From a virus (lineage: Duplodnaviria > Heunggongvirae > Uroviricota > Caudoviricetes): DNA of 23,460 bases. Position 1 is the first letter of the stretch. Every line of letters begins with the position of its first letter. Both the position numbers and the translations under genes were made by a program. This document shows positions 10,551 to 20,013 of the stretch, one piece after another. Where the stretch lies: IMG/VR virus record IMGVR_UViG_2728369186_000002, one strand, 5' to 3'. Under the pieces are notes generated by a model, which saw nothing but the letters and a program-made list of their open reading frames with translations, was not told where the DNA came from and made no database searches.

Positions 10551-11249
10551 AACGCACACCTCCGGAAATACCTTCCCCAAGATGCATCAGTTCTTCGTCC
10601 GTTCGCTCCGGTATCCCGTTCTCTTCCGGTAAAAGGCTGAAATCAGCCACCGCAGCATCACTGCTACCGGACACCATTCTCACGATCAATGCCTTCAGCG
10701 AGGCAAACTGCGCATCCATCCACACATCACTGAAGCTATGCATCTGGAAATAATCGCCCCATTCACCAAGCTCAGTGGCCGACATTTCCGACAGCATCCG
10801 CCGCCAGTCTGCCCGCCGGAACTCCCGGGCAAGCCGCATGACAAACTGCATTTCCCGCGTCAGGACTTTTCCGGCGTCAGCACCTCATGCTCCAAATCCC
10901 CGGCATTCTCAATGGCTCCCATACCGCTCAGCGACAGAACCATCTCCGCCCCCGCTCCTAGGGCATCATACGACCATGTTGTAATAACGGATGCGCAAAG
11001 CGTCTCAACATCCTGAGACTGTTCCGCATTCCACAGTGAGCGGGAAACCAGCCAGGCATTGATATCCATCCCCATCCGCAGAAAAGCAATCTGTCGTTCA
11101 GCCTCCGGCAGTTCTCCCTCTTCGGCATCAAACTTTGCCGTTCGCTGCTGAACAAACGCCAGATATTCAATTCTCTGCAGCCCGGACAGCTCACTGAGCA
11201 CCACGGACTGCTTTTCATAATTAAACGAGCCCTGTTTCAGAAACATCAT
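10522..11249 (-). CDS. T: Tail assembly chaperone GT, made by programmed -1 frameshift from G into T
   Basis: The T frame (MQFVMRLAREFRRADWRRML...) is the -1 frame relative to G and is open only from 10884 downward. The G 3' end carries heptamer GGAAAAG (plus coordinates 10866..10872), positioned like the lambda G-T slippery site GGGAAAG. Confidence 0.7.
10860..11249 (-). CDS. G: Tail assembly chaperone G
   Basis: MMFLKQGSFNYEKQSVVLSELSGLQRIEYLAFVQQRTAKFD..., colinear with lambda G (MFLKTESFEHNGVTVTLSELSALQRIEHLAL...); GGTGGAG Shine-Dalgarno upstream; start could be the second ATG at 11246. Confidence 0.85.
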   Translation of the reverse strand: MMFLKQGSFNYEKQSVVLSELSGLQRIEYLAFVQQRTAKFDAEEGELPEAERQIAFLRMGMDINAWLVSRSLWNAEQSQDVETLCASVITTWSYDALGAGAEMVLSLSGMGAIENAGDLEHEVLTPEKS

Positions 11250-11306
11250 GTTCTCCACCTGCAAAAAAGCCCCGGATAACCGGGGCAAATGATGAGTATC
11301 GTCCTG

Positions 11307-12056
11307 TTAACCTGCGGCGCTGACAGCCACCGCAGCCACGGCCACAAAATCGCCGTCAGAAGTCATGCCCACAATGCTGACACTGCCCTGCTTCACGCCT
11401 TTCACCGTGGCCACAAGCCCGTTCAGGGTCACCGTGGCAGTCTGTGGATCTGTCGAATGCACACTGATCGCTTTGTCACTGGCTCCGTCAGGTTTTACTG
11501 TAAAGGTCAGCGTGGTGGTTGCTCCCACTTTTACACTGGCAGATGCCGGTGCCACCGTCAGCCCGGTAACGCTCACTGTTTCAGTGCCTTCCTCTGCCAG
11601 ATGCGGACGCCCCACACCGCTGATTTTCACTGTGCGGGTCATCACGTCTTTTGAGGCAATGGTTTTACCCAGTGAGCTCAGCCAGCCACGGAAAACATCA
11701 ACAGTGCCGTTGGGATATTTGATACGAAACGCGCAGACTTCACCGGAGTCGAACAACTGAACCAGTTTTTTCTGCCCGCTGTCACCCGGACGCCAGGCCA
11801 GCGTCGCCGAAGTATCACCGACGGATTTCTGCCCCTGGGTTGTCGTTTTCCAGTCTGCATCTTCATCATCGAGATAAGTGTCATCTTCTGCATCAGCGGT
11901 CATTTCGCCAGGTTGCAGATCCTTCACCATCGCAAGACGCAGCCAGTCAGTGTCCGATAAAGGGTTCGCAAACGCATCGCCCTTGCCGGTGTACATCCAG
12001 AACGTCGTTCCCGCACCTTTCGTTTTTGCCAGTGGATTTGGTGTGGTCATTGCCAC
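11307..12056 (-). CDS. V: Major tail protein V with C-terminal Ig-like domain
   Basis: 249 aa; ...KTKGAGTTFWMYTGKGDAFANPLSDTDWLRLAMVKDLQPGEMTADAEDDTYLDDEDADWKTTTQGQKS...NGTVDVFRGW... matches lambda V; T/V/S-rich C-terminal Ig-like domain. Confidence 0.9.
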   Translation of the reverse strand: MAMTTPNPLAKTKGAGTTFWMYTGKGDAFANPLSDTDWLRLAMVKDLQPGEMTADAEDDTYLDDEDADWKTTTQGQKSVGDTSATLAWRPGDSGQKKLVQLFDSGEVCAFRIKYPNGTVDVFRGWLSSLGKTIASKDVMTRTVKISGVGRPHLAEEGTETVSVTGLTVAPASASVKVGATTTLTFTVKPDGASDKAISVHSTDPQTATVTLNGLVATVKGVKQGSVSIVGMTSDGDFVAVAAVAVSAAG

Positions 12057-12061
12057 CTCCT

Positions 12062-12463
12062 TTAATTCGTGTACGTGATCTGGTATGTGATTTCCGCCAT
12101 CGCCCAGGTGGCCATCTCATTATCACGTTGATAGTTAAAACCGAGAGGGATCAGGGTGTCGATGAGTCCGGAAAGTGCCGGTATATCATTCAGAGCCGGG
12201 AAAATGGTGCTCTCCATCCACATATCCAGCTCTGAATCCGGTGCCTGTGCCCGGATGAAGACAGCAATATGCAGAACAGCCTGCCAGTCATCTTCATCCG
12301 TCATTTTTCCGGTGTACTGAGCATCACTCAGCCACACCGCCACGGCAGGCAGTTCCTGCGCATCAATAAATGCCGGAAGCCCGTCAAAAAACGTGGCGCT
12401 GTCTTCACACTGTTCCCGAAGGCGTGCCAGTACGGCCTGGCGGATTTGTGTATGTCGGTTCAT
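12062..12463 (-). CDS. U: Tail terminator protein U
   Basis: MNRHTQIRQAVLARLREQCEDSATFFDGLPAFIDAQELPAVAVWLSDAQYTG...ITYQITYTN, colinear with lambda U. ATG at 12463 overlaps the Z stop as ATGA; an upstream in-frame ATG at 12475 is the alternative start. Confidence 0.85.
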   Translation of the reverse strand: MNRHTQIRQAVLARLREQCEDSATFFDGLPAFIDAQELPAVAVWLSDAQYTGKMTDEDDWQAVLHIAVFIRAQAPDSELDMWMESTIFPALNDIPALSGLIDTLIPLGFNYQRDNEMATWAMAEITYQITYTN

Positions 12464-13038
12464 CGGGTCAGCCATAACCTCAGTTGTTGTTTCAGTGCAT
12501 ACCCCAGCTGTTTCGGCATTTCCGCAGCAATAATGCGGTCGCGGGCATCTTCAAATGCCTGTGTCAGCGGTCCGGACAGCGGGACTTTCACCACATCAAT
12601 GGGGTAACGATTTTTGCCATCAATACGCCGCATCACATGCCAGCGACCATTCGCCAGTTGCTGAATAAACGCATCCCGGAAAAGATATTTACCCACCTTC
12701 AGCACACTGCCACGGTACTGCAGTTTTCCACCACGCCGGGCCAGTCTGACCCGGGCTGTCCCCAGCTTAATAGCGGGCAGATTGCCCCGGTTAACGCGGA
12801 TCCTGGCCGTCATTTTTCCTGACGGACTGGCTTTAAACACCCGGACACGCTGACGTACCAGTTTCAGGGGGATCCCTTTCACCTGGTTATCTCCCGCAAC
12901 GGTATTCCCGGCAACCTGCCGGGTGGCGACCGAGACCGCTTTCTGTGCCACACGGTTTATCGCCCATGCGCTGGCCTGTGGCACCATACGGGTATCAAGG
13001 CTGTTCAGATTACGGATGGCATTCTCAAGCCCCTTCAT
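12460..13038 (-). CDS. Z: Tail completion protein Z
   Basis: 192 aa, MKGLENAIRNLNSLDTRMVPQASAWAINRVAQ...FIQQLANGRWHVMRRIDGKNRYPIDVVKVPLSGPLTQAF...LGYALKQQLRLWLTR; same length and colinear with lambda Z. Confidence 0.85.
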   Translation of the reverse strand: MKGLENAIRNLNSLDTRMVPQASAWAINRVAQKAVSVATRQVAGNTVAGDNQVKGIPLKLVRQRVRVFKASPSGKMTARIRVNRGNLPAIKLGTARVRLARRGGKLQYRGSVLKVGKYLFRDAFIQQLANGRWHVMRRIDGKNRYPIDVVKVPLSGPLTQAFEDARDRIIAAEMPKQLGYALKQQLRLWLTR

Positions 13039-13049
13039 CCCACACCTCT

Positions 13050-13325
13050 TTACTCAATAAAGATCATTGGCTTACCGTTAAAACGTTCATGCCGTGTGAC
13101 CGTCCATTGTTGTCCGTCATAAACAACGCGATCCCCGCGCCGTGGGCGGTATCCCGAAGAAAACACCACCAGAGAGACCGCAGGTCCGGACAGAGCATTC
13201 AGCTCTGCCAGTGTTTCTCCCGGGATCACAGTCATATCGGCATCATTAATCGAGGCTGTCTTTCCCATCTTTCTGACCGTGATCGCATCCATATGCGCTG
13301 CCAGCCGGGAAAAGGGATCAGACAT
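13050..13325 (-). CDS. Head-tail joining protein, FII-like
   Basis: 91 aa, sits immediately upstream of Z as FII does in lambda; ...RRGDRVVYDGQQWTV... resembles the FII RRGDTLTIGEENFWV motif region. Assignment is by position and weak similarity. Confidence 0.55.
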   Translation of the reverse strand: MSDPFSRLAAHMDAITVRKMGKTASINDADMTVIPGETLAELNALSGPAVSLVVFSSGYRPRRGDRVVYDGQQWTVTRHERFNGKPMIFIE

Positions 13326-13641
13326 TGAGTTTTACCGGCACTTCTTCTGCACTGGTTCCGGCATCTGCCCAGACAACCCCGACCAGCGGATCAGAGCCGC
13401 TGTTAGTCAGCTGAACTTTTCCGGACTTCAGATAAACCTTCTTACCCGTTTTCATGTCATCCGTTTTCAGCTTAGGCAGCATAAACACACCTTCGGTCAT
13501 GCCGTCGCCTGTTTCACCCTGTGGAATATCGGTCAGCGCCACCGCAAAAACATCACCCACCTGCACCAGATCTCCGCTGCTGATGGCTGCACTGGCAACA
13601 ATCGCCACCGTTTTTCCTTCTTCTACAAAATTCTTTGCCAT
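13318..13641 (-). CDS. Small head-associated protein (possibly DUF2190-type decoration or completion protein)
   Basis: 107 aa from MAKNFVEEGKTVAIVASAAISSGDLVQVGDVFAVALTDIPQGETGDGMTEGVFMLPK...; GGAGA Shine-Dalgarno 6 nt upstream of ATG 13641; lies between capsid and FII-like genes. Family assignment is from memory and uncertain. Confidence 0.5.
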   Translation of the reverse strand: MAKNFVEEGKTVAIVASAAISSGDLVQVGDVFAVALTDIPQGETGDGMTEGVFMLPKLKTDDMKTGKKVYLKSGKVQLTNSGSDPLVGVVWADAGTSAEEVPVKLNV

Positions 13642-13684
13642 AACTGTCTCCGCACAGCCCCGTTCAGGGGCTGATTTCAGGTAC

Positions 13685-13704
13685 AAAAAAAGCCCTTACG
13701 GGCC
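13685..13704 (-). terminator. Candidate intrinsic terminator or attenuator after the capsid gene
   Basis: Minus strand GGCCC-GUAA-GGGCU hairpin (GNRA loop) followed by a U7 run (plus-strand A-run 13685-13691), 24 nt after the capsid stop. A second 7-bp stem (13655-13673) lies just before the next gene's Shine-Dalgarno. Confidence 0.5.
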
Positions 13705-13727
13705 ATCAGAGTTGTTGTCTGCGACGT

Positions 13728-15686
13728 TTACGCCGTACATTTCACCAGACCGCGGTGATCAACTGGCGCGACACCGGCGTCAATACGCACTTTCGTTGTC
13801 ACGCCATCCACACTGAAGCCCTCCATCTGATCAATATATGGCGTATCCACACCGTTGAGATAAGCCACTTCAATCGTATCGGAGCCTTTTGACGCAGCCA
13901 GGTAGAAGGTGGTCTGGCTGTTATCATCAAGACGAGGCTCTGCAATAACGGTCGCAAAATCTTTCACCGGGTTAATAATACCGGCGTTAATGTCAGCCCC
14001 CTTGACACTTGAGGAGCGAATGACCTGGTTAGCAACAGACTCCATCGCCGTCGGTACCAGTACGAACGCAGGACGAATATTCAGATGACGCTCCCCCTCT
14101 TTCTGAACGCGCATCAACTGGCGGGCTTTATCCAGCGATGCCACGTCCATTGCAGCGCTCTCCAGTACGTTTGCATGTTTCGCTTTATCGAACAGACTTA
14201 CATTATCTGTGGAGATTTTCGGGTTAGACGTCAGAATGGCATAAACCAGATCGGCAATAGTGGATTTCGCCGCACGGCCCAGTTTCATCGGGACATCGGT
14301 CAGCATATTCAGATCATCATTGATAATGGCCTGACGGGTGATACTGAACAGCTCGCCATAGGTCGCCAGTGCAATAGTGGCCTGTTTATCTCCGGTGGTG
14401 ACGTATTTATATTCCGCCCCTTCACGCACCTGACGCAGAGCACTGAAGCCCCCCATACCCACACGATGGGCAATTTTAAAATCAGACAACTGACCTTTCC
14501 GCGTCCACTGTTCATAGGTTTCAGGAGCATCTTCCCAGCCCTGCAGAATGGCTTTGTTCGCAACATCCAGCAGAATATTACCGAAGTCAGACGTACTGTG
14601 TGTGAACGCCGCACCGACCATCTGCATCGGGTTATAACTGGAAACCCCAATACCCCGTTCAGTCAGTGACATACGGGCATATTCACGCAGGGTCATCCCG
14701 TTGTAGACATTATCACGTTCGGTTTTTTCAAATCCGGCACGCGCCATCAGCGCCTGGCGGATCCCGTCCCCCACAAAATTACCGTTACCGGCATAAATAT
14801 GAGCCGGTGTATTTTTATTGGATGGCGTGGACTCGCGCCCCATCTCGTTCAACAGCTTTTCGCGGGCCTGCTCCAGCGAACATTCAGGATCGGCAAGACA
14901 CTGAGCCTGCAGCGTCTGATAACGCCCGCCAAACATGGCAAACAGATCATTAATACCGTTTACACGCGCTTTTTGCTCTGCCAGTACCTGCGCACGGATA
15001 CTGTTTTCATCCACCACGGGTGCTGCTGCCTGCACTGGCGTCCGGGAGGCTGCAGGTTCATCATCCTGTACGCGTGGAGCACTGTTGCGTGGCGGAGTAA
15101 TCATGTTTCGAATGGATTCCGGCATCTTTTTAAATTCCTCTGTACGTTTTGACTGAATACATGCCATTGCCTTAACGGCTGGCGTCACCTGATCAGCAAA
15201 TCCATGTGCCAGACATTCGGCACCGGACATCCAGGTCTCATCCGCCAGCATGGCAGCAATTTCATCGGTGGTTTTCCCGGTTTTCTGTGCATAAGCGGGT
15301 AACAGAACCGCCTCAACCTTATCGAGCAGGTCGGCATAGGTGCGCATGTCCTCCGCATCACCGCCCGTAAAGCCAAATGGTTTATGAATCATCATGAAGG
15401 TGTTTTCCGGCATAATGACCGGGTTTCCCACCATCGCAATGACCGACGCCATTGACGCCGCCACACCGTCGACATAAACGGTAATGGACGCACCATGTGT
15501 TTTCAGTGCATTAAAAATGGCGATGCCTTCAAAGACATCGCCACCCGGTGAATTGATATGGAGATTAATGTGGGTGATATCGCCCAGTGCATTCAGATCA
15601 CTGATAAACTGCTTCGCTGTAACACCCCAGAAACCAATCTCGTCATAAATATAAATATCCGCGTCACTCTGGTGACCAGCCTGCAT
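13728..15686 (-). CDS. Head maturation protease (ClpP/S14-like) fused to major capsid protein
   Basis: One continuous frame; N-terminal part has ClpP-like sequence (...INSPGGDVFEGIAIFNALKTHGASITVYVDGVAASMASVIAMVG...MIHKP...), C-terminal ~300 aa look like an HK97-fold major capsid protein, and no separate capsid gene follows. Start taken as ATG 15686 (MQAGHQSDADIYIYDEIGFWGV), 14 nt after the portal stop; the track ORF extends to 15947 inside the portal gene. Confidence 0.7.
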   Translation of the reverse strand: MQAGHQSDADIYIYDEIGFWGVTAKQFISDLNALGDITHINLHINSPGGDVFEGIAIFNALKTHGASITVYVDGVAASMASVIAMVGNPVIMPENTFMMIHKPFGFTGGDAEDMRTYADLLDKVEAVLLPAYAQKTGKTTDEIAAMLADETWMSGAECLAHGFADQVTPAVKAMACIQSKRTEEFKKMPESIRNMITPPRNSAPRVQDDEPAASRTPVQAAAPVVDENSIRAQVLAEQKARVNGINDLFAMFGGRYQTLQAQCLADPECSLEQAREKLLNEMGRESTPSNKNTPAHIYAGNGNFVGDGIRQALMARAGFEKTERDNVYNGMTLREYARMSLTERGIGVSSYNPMQMVGAAFTHSTSDFGNILLDVANKAILQGWEDAPETYEQWTRKGQLSDFKIAHRVGMGGFSALRQVREGAEYKYVTTGDKQATIALATYGELFSITRQAIINDDLNMLTDVPMKLGRAAKSTIADLVYAILTSNPKISTDNVSLFDKAKHANVLESAAMDVASLDKARQLMRVQKEGERHLNIRPAFVLVPTAMESVANQVIRSSSVKGADINAGIINPVKDFATVIAEPRLDDNSQTTFYLAASKGSDTIEVAYLNGVDTPYIDQMEGFSVDGVTTKVRIDAGVAPVDHRGLVKCTA

Positions 15687-15699
15687 CCTGAACCAGGAA

Positions 15700-17208
15700 T
15701 TATTCTTCGGACTGGTCGTCGGTGTGCTGCGGCTCCTGTCGTTTCGTTGCGGCACTGCTGCCTCCTTTATCACTGGCCGGATCGGTATCAAATACCAGAT
15801 CCAGCGTGCGGTTTTCATCAATTTCGGCCTTGCGCCGACGTTTGACATCATCCGGATTACGACCACCTGCACGTACCCAGTCTGATTCTGTCGCTGCTCC
15901 ACCACGAATCTGAATTTTCCAGGCCTCAGCCTCCTTAACAGGGTCAATCCACGGCATCACCGGTCCGGAATACACCGCGGTATACAGTGAAGAACGGTCA
16001 AGATCGCGGGGTAGCCTGATAACACCGGATGCCACAGCCTGTTTCAGCCAGGCACGATACATCGGGCGGGTGACGGCACCAATAAACCAGTCCTGCAGGA
16101 TCAGGTAGCCATCAGTGGATTCAACCAGCTCCTGACGCTGGGCGCTGTAAGTGCCGTTATAGTTGCGTGCCGTACTGGAAAAACTCAGACGACTGCCCGC
16201 CGCCACGGCACGCAACTGACCATTACGAAAAGTTTCAAGGTTAGGATTGGGACGATCCGACTTCACCATTCCGATTTCTTCGCCGGGTTTCAGATCGTCG
16301 TAAATAATGCCTGGCTGAATGGTAAGCTCGCGTTCCTTATCCTTGCTGCCATTACCATCCGGTTCATAGCTCTGCCCGTCGCCTTTCCGGATGTACATCC
16401 CCAGAGCAGCGGCGATCCTTGCTGCAGTCAGCTCAGAATCTTCATACTCTTTCAGGGCACTGAGGCGGATCAGCACACCGGACAACAAAGACGTCCCGCG
16501 CATCTGGTGCAGACGGCGAACAAATTTAAGATGCAGCATTCGCTCTGCATCCACTTCTTTGGTTTCCATCTGCCGTCCGGATACGGGACGACTTTTATAC
16601 ACCAGATATTTTTCGGGACGCCCCCAGTCATCAACAAACACGCCCTGATTCAGCCTGTTGCTCTCATCACTGGTCATGGGAATAAAGTCCGGCTCGAGTG
16701 CCTCCAGCCAGAAATGAACACCGGCAGAAGGCGTCAGGCTGTTTATGCGCCCGGAAACCATCTGGACAAACACCTCACCATCGCGCAGCCAGGTACGCAG
16801 CATCAGACGTTCCAGCATCGGACGGGTAAACTGCCCGGTGACTTCCGGGCTGACAGACCATTCACTCCATCGGGTGCGAATCTCCGCAGCCAGGTCACGG
16901 GCAATGGCCCCATTGCGTAATACCGGATGTGGCTCGACAATAATCCCGTTTTTCCCCACCACCCGTTCTTCCAGCTTGTCAAATACACCAATGACCAGAT
17001 CGTGGTTGTTATCAAGGTAACGGGCCTGCTCACGTAACGACACGGCCCCGTACTGGCTTAACTGGTCGGCAGTTCGGTTTTCCCGCCGGGCTTTGTGTGT
17101 CCGCGTCGTTTTTACGGCCTCATAAGCCTGGATCACCGCACGGGAACGCAGCCTTGCCGCTTTCCATCCTGGTGAAAAAACGCCAATCACATCATCAAGA
17201 ATTGCCAT
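15700..17208 (-). CDS. Portal protein
   Basis: About 502 aa from MAILDDVIGVFSPGWKAARLRSRAVIQAYEA...; position between W and the protease/capsid gene; start ATG overlaps the W stop (TGATG). Not closely similar to lambda B by eye. Confidence 0.75.
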   Translation of the reverse strand: MAILDDVIGVFSPGWKAARLRSRAVIQAYEAVKTTRTHKARRENRTADQLSQYGAVSLREQARYLDNNHDLVIGVFDKLEERVVGKNGIIVEPHPVLRNGAIARDLAAEIRTRWSEWSVSPEVTGQFTRPMLERLMLRTWLRDGEVFVQMVSGRINSLTPSAGVHFWLEALEPDFIPMTSDESNRLNQGVFVDDWGRPEKYLVYKSRPVSGRQMETKEVDAERMLHLKFVRRLHQMRGTSLLSGVLIRLSALKEYEDSELTAARIAAALGMYIRKGDGQSYEPDGNGSKDKERELTIQPGIIYDDLKPGEEIGMVKSDRPNPNLETFRNGQLRAVAAGSRLSFSSTARNYNGTYSAQRQELVESTDGYLILQDWFIGAVTRPMYRAWLKQAVASGVIRLPRDLDRSSLYTAVYSGPVMPWIDPVKEAEAWKIQIRGGAATESDWVRAGGRNPDDVKRRRKAEIDENRTLDLVFDTDPASDKGGSSAATKRQEPQHTDDQSEE

Positions 17209-17420
17209 CAGAACCTCGCCAGCCGGTACCCGGGATGCCCCCGTCGTCGTGTAATCAGAGCCGCAAGGCGGCGCTCCCACTCCTGCCGCCCCTGCCGGAT
17301 CTCAGATAAGTTTTCCATGGTCATCTGCTGACCATTAAAGGTGACGGATTTTCCGTCCAGCACCGCCATTTCAGCTTCCGTATAACGCTGAATCATGGCT
17401 TCGATATCATTCTGGTTCAT
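17208..17420 (-). CDS. W: Head-tail joining protein W (gpW-like)
   Basis: 70 aa, MNQNDIEAMIQRYTEAEMAVLDGKSVTFNGQQMTMENLSEIRQGRQEWERRLAALITRRRGHPGYRLARF; size and C-terminal RRRG motif like lambda W; GGAGG Shine-Dalgarno; ATG overlaps the terminase stop. Confidence 0.75.
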   Translation of the reverse strand: MNQNDIEAMIQRYTEAEMAVLDGKSVTFNGQQMTMENLSEIRQGRQEWERRLAALITRRRGHPGYRLARF

Positions 17421-19519
17421 AACCATCCTCCGGAAGTCAGCCAGGGGTTAACATCGTCAGTTACTGTTTTCTTCCGTTTTTGTTTTTTAACAGGCGTGGA
17501 TACCGGTTCCGGTGTGGGTGACGGTTCGGTACTGTCCGGGACACACTCCAGCCAGGTTTCCCGGCTCGCCCACTCCGGTGCATCCGGCCAGCGGATCTTT
17601 TCGTATCCATGCAGAATGACCAGAGCCTCGGCATACACCATCAGGTCAAAAGCTTCGTTGGCACCGCGACCTGGCTTACTCCATTTCCCGTCACTGCTCC
17701 GCTCTTCATACGTCAGTTCGTCGTAAAACCAACTCCCCAGCCAGTCAGGGAAATGCACATAGCCGGGACCTGGCGAGTCACGCCATAACGCGTTATTCAC
17801 CCGGTCTTTCAGTGCATCCGTCTGAAGAAGCCAGAGCGGCACATCACCTGCGGCCTGCGCCCGTCGGCCCGTTCGTCCGGTGTTATCAGGGAATGTACGG
17901 GTGATCAGTTTTGCGCGCCGGATGCTGTCGCCCTTAAACAGGTAAATACGTTTACCAAGGCCATCACGACGGCAACGACGCCAGAATTTATAGGCATTAT
18001 CAGTGACCCCGTCTTCACCGCCGGAGTCCACCGCCATTGCCATCAGTCGCATTTGTTGAGAAGGATCGGAGGCCAGCGGCCAGCTTTTATGAAAAACATC
18101 CGTCAGCAGGACATCCCAGTCTTCCGGATAGCTGGCCGGATCAATTCGCTGGCTCTCCCCGTCGCTGTCACCGCGTAATGACTGCGTGATGTTGTAACGA
18201 TCAATAATCCAGCGTTCGCCACGGCTGCCATAGCCCGTTACCTGAACCACAAAACGGCGATGACGTCCCGCCTGCACATCCACTGTCGCCACAAGGAAAT
18301 TAACGCCATCCGGCACACTGCGGGAAGGAACTGGCTCTGCCCGCTGCTCAAGCAGTTCACTTTTTCGTTGCTCCATGCTGGCGCGGGGAAGATAAGGTAA
18401 TCCCCAGTCGGTATTGATAACCGTCTTGAGTGTTTCTTCACTTCCGGTTGTCTCGTATTCCTGTTCTGCAGTAAGCAGTTTGTAAACGAGTTGCGAGAGT
18501 GTCTGGTAAGCAGCTGCCGGACCCTCCATCCAGAATGACGCAATACGTGAGCGTCGGGGATCACCATAACGACTGCCATCCGCATTGATGGATTCACCAT
18601 CCCGCAACCAGACCCCACGTCCGTTCAGCTCACGTTTTTGTTCAGGCATAATCCGTCCTGAACAGGAAGGACACTGAATATAAGCCGCCTCACTTGCCAG
18701 CACGGGATCGGCAATATCACGGAAACCAGCAACCACATCGCCGCAGGGCTGAAAATACTCACCACAGTGTGGACAAGGCCAGTACCAGCGACGGCGATCG
18801 CCACGGTTATAGAGCGACAGTATCCCCGTGGTTGGTGGAGCCTCATGCGGTGAAGTCCGTCGCCATTTCACATCCTTCACATCCCTGCCGGGGGAACTCT
18901 CCACAAGCGTCATACCACTGGACATAAATGTTGTGGTACGTTTTGAGGCAAGAGAGAAAGCATCCCCCTCGCCATCAATATCTTCCGGAAAACGGTCATA
19001 ATCCGTCAGCGCGACGCATTTATAATCTGATGAGGACATGATATTGACTGACGGCCAGCCGATTTTCAGGTAGTTACCAGCAAGGAATGTTCTGTCATAA
19101 ACGTTGTTGTCATTTTTGTTCGGACTCAGGCGACTGACCACTTCCGGGCTGACGCGAAACGTTCTGGCGAGTCGTTTTTTGGAGTGTTCGCGGGCTTTTT
19201 CCTCCGTCATCTGTATGATCAGCATATCAGCAGGATCGCAAATCACGTTGTAAATCACCCAGCCGTCAATCAGGCCGATAGTCTTGCCGGTTCGTGCCGG
19301 GCCAACAAATATCACTGCGTCGTATTCACGCGAGGCCAGGCAGTTCATCGGCTCAATAACATACGGTGCCACCAGCGGATCCCACGGGACTGAGTTCCCT
19401 GCCCCCATGGGCACCCGCATATACTGAGCAACGGCATCAGCAACCCGCATTCGTCTCGGTGCGCGAAGGATATAACCTGAATCGGTTCGTGCTGCCTTTG
19501 CGGTTTCCTGATTCAGCAT
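17417..19519 (-). CDS. Terminase large subunit (GpA family)
   Basis: 700 aa; Walker-A-like VGPARTGKT near the N-terminus, CPHCGE...CPSC zinc-ribbon-like motif mid-protein as in lambda gpA, followed directly by W and portal. Confidence 0.9.
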   Translation of the reverse strand: MLNQETAKAARTDSGYILRAPRRMRVADAVAQYMRVPMGAGNSVPWDPLVAPYVIEPMNCLASREYDAVIFVGPARTGKTIGLIDGWVIYNVICDPADMLIIQMTEEKAREHSKKRLARTFRVSPEVVSRLSPNKNDNNVYDRTFLAGNYLKIGWPSVNIMSSSDYKCVALTDYDRFPEDIDGEGDAFSLASKRTTTFMSSGMTLVESSPGRDVKDVKWRRTSPHEAPPTTGILSLYNRGDRRRWYWPCPHCGEYFQPCGDVVAGFRDIADPVLASEAAYIQCPSCSGRIMPEQKRELNGRGVWLRDGESINADGSRYGDPRRSRIASFWMEGPAAAYQTLSQLVYKLLTAEQEYETTGSEETLKTVINTDWGLPYLPRASMEQRKSELLEQRAEPVPSRSVPDGVNFLVATVDVQAGRHRRFVVQVTGYGSRGERWIIDRYNITQSLRGDSDGESQRIDPASYPEDWDVLLTDVFHKSWPLASDPSQQMRLMAMAVDSGGEDGVTDNAYKFWRRCRRDGLGKRIYLFKGDSIRRAKLITRTFPDNTGRTGRRAQAAGDVPLWLLQTDALKDRVNNALWRDSPGPGYVHFPDWLGSWFYDELTYEERSSDGKWSKPGRGANEAFDLMVYAEALVILHGYEKIRWPDAPEWASRETWLECVPDSTEPSPTPEPVSTPVKKQKRKKTVTDDVNPWLTSGGWL

Positions 19520-20013
19520 TACTCCTCCCGCTGTAATTCCTCCTCATCATCCGCACCTGCTTCGGTCACCCGCAGGGCTATCTGATCGCGCAGATCATCA
19601 ATAATGGACTGAACACGGCTCACAGCGGCAGGGTGCAGACCGCAGTCACGTTCAAGAATATCCGGTAATGTCTCCAGCACCTGCACGACCGCTTTTGCCC
19701 AGATGGCAAACTCCCGTCTGACATCACTGGCCGGAATGAGTTGTGCCGTTTCCTGTTCGAACTTAAGACGCTCACGTTCAGACTGATACCAGGCTTTGCG
19801 CTCATGCGCGTCCATTTCGCCTTCTGCAACCGGCGGTGGTAATGCCAGAAATGCCGACACAATATCAACCACCCGATAAAGCTTGAGGTTGCTTTCATGC
19901 CCCCCTGCAACGGGTAGATTTTGCAGCCTTGCCGCAGCAGTCTGGCGATGTACACCTGACAGAGCCGCCAGTTGACTGATATTCAGCGTCAGATTTTTTA
20001 ACTCTCGATCCAT
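19519..20013 (-). CDS. Terminase small subunit (Nu1-like, N-terminal HTH)
   Basis: 164 aa, MDRELKNLTLNISQLAALSGVHRQTAAARLQN... (HTH) with acidic C-terminus; immediately upstream of and overlapping the large subunit start; ~175 bp downstream of cosN as Nu1 is in lambda. Confidence 0.8.
   Translation of the reverse strand: MDRELKNLTLNISQLAALSGVHRQTAAARLQNLPVAGGHESNLKLYRVVDIVSAFLALPPPVAEGEMDAHERKAWYQSERERLKFEQETAQLIPASDVRREFAIWAKAVVQVLETLPDILERDCGLHPAAVSRVQSIIDDLRDQIALRVTEAGADDEEELQREE

Noticed and set aside
14085-15156. Plus-strand ORFs of 95-194 aa inside the protease/capsid gene
   Set aside because: Antisense to a long coding frame with a recognisable ClpP-like region; shadow ORFs.
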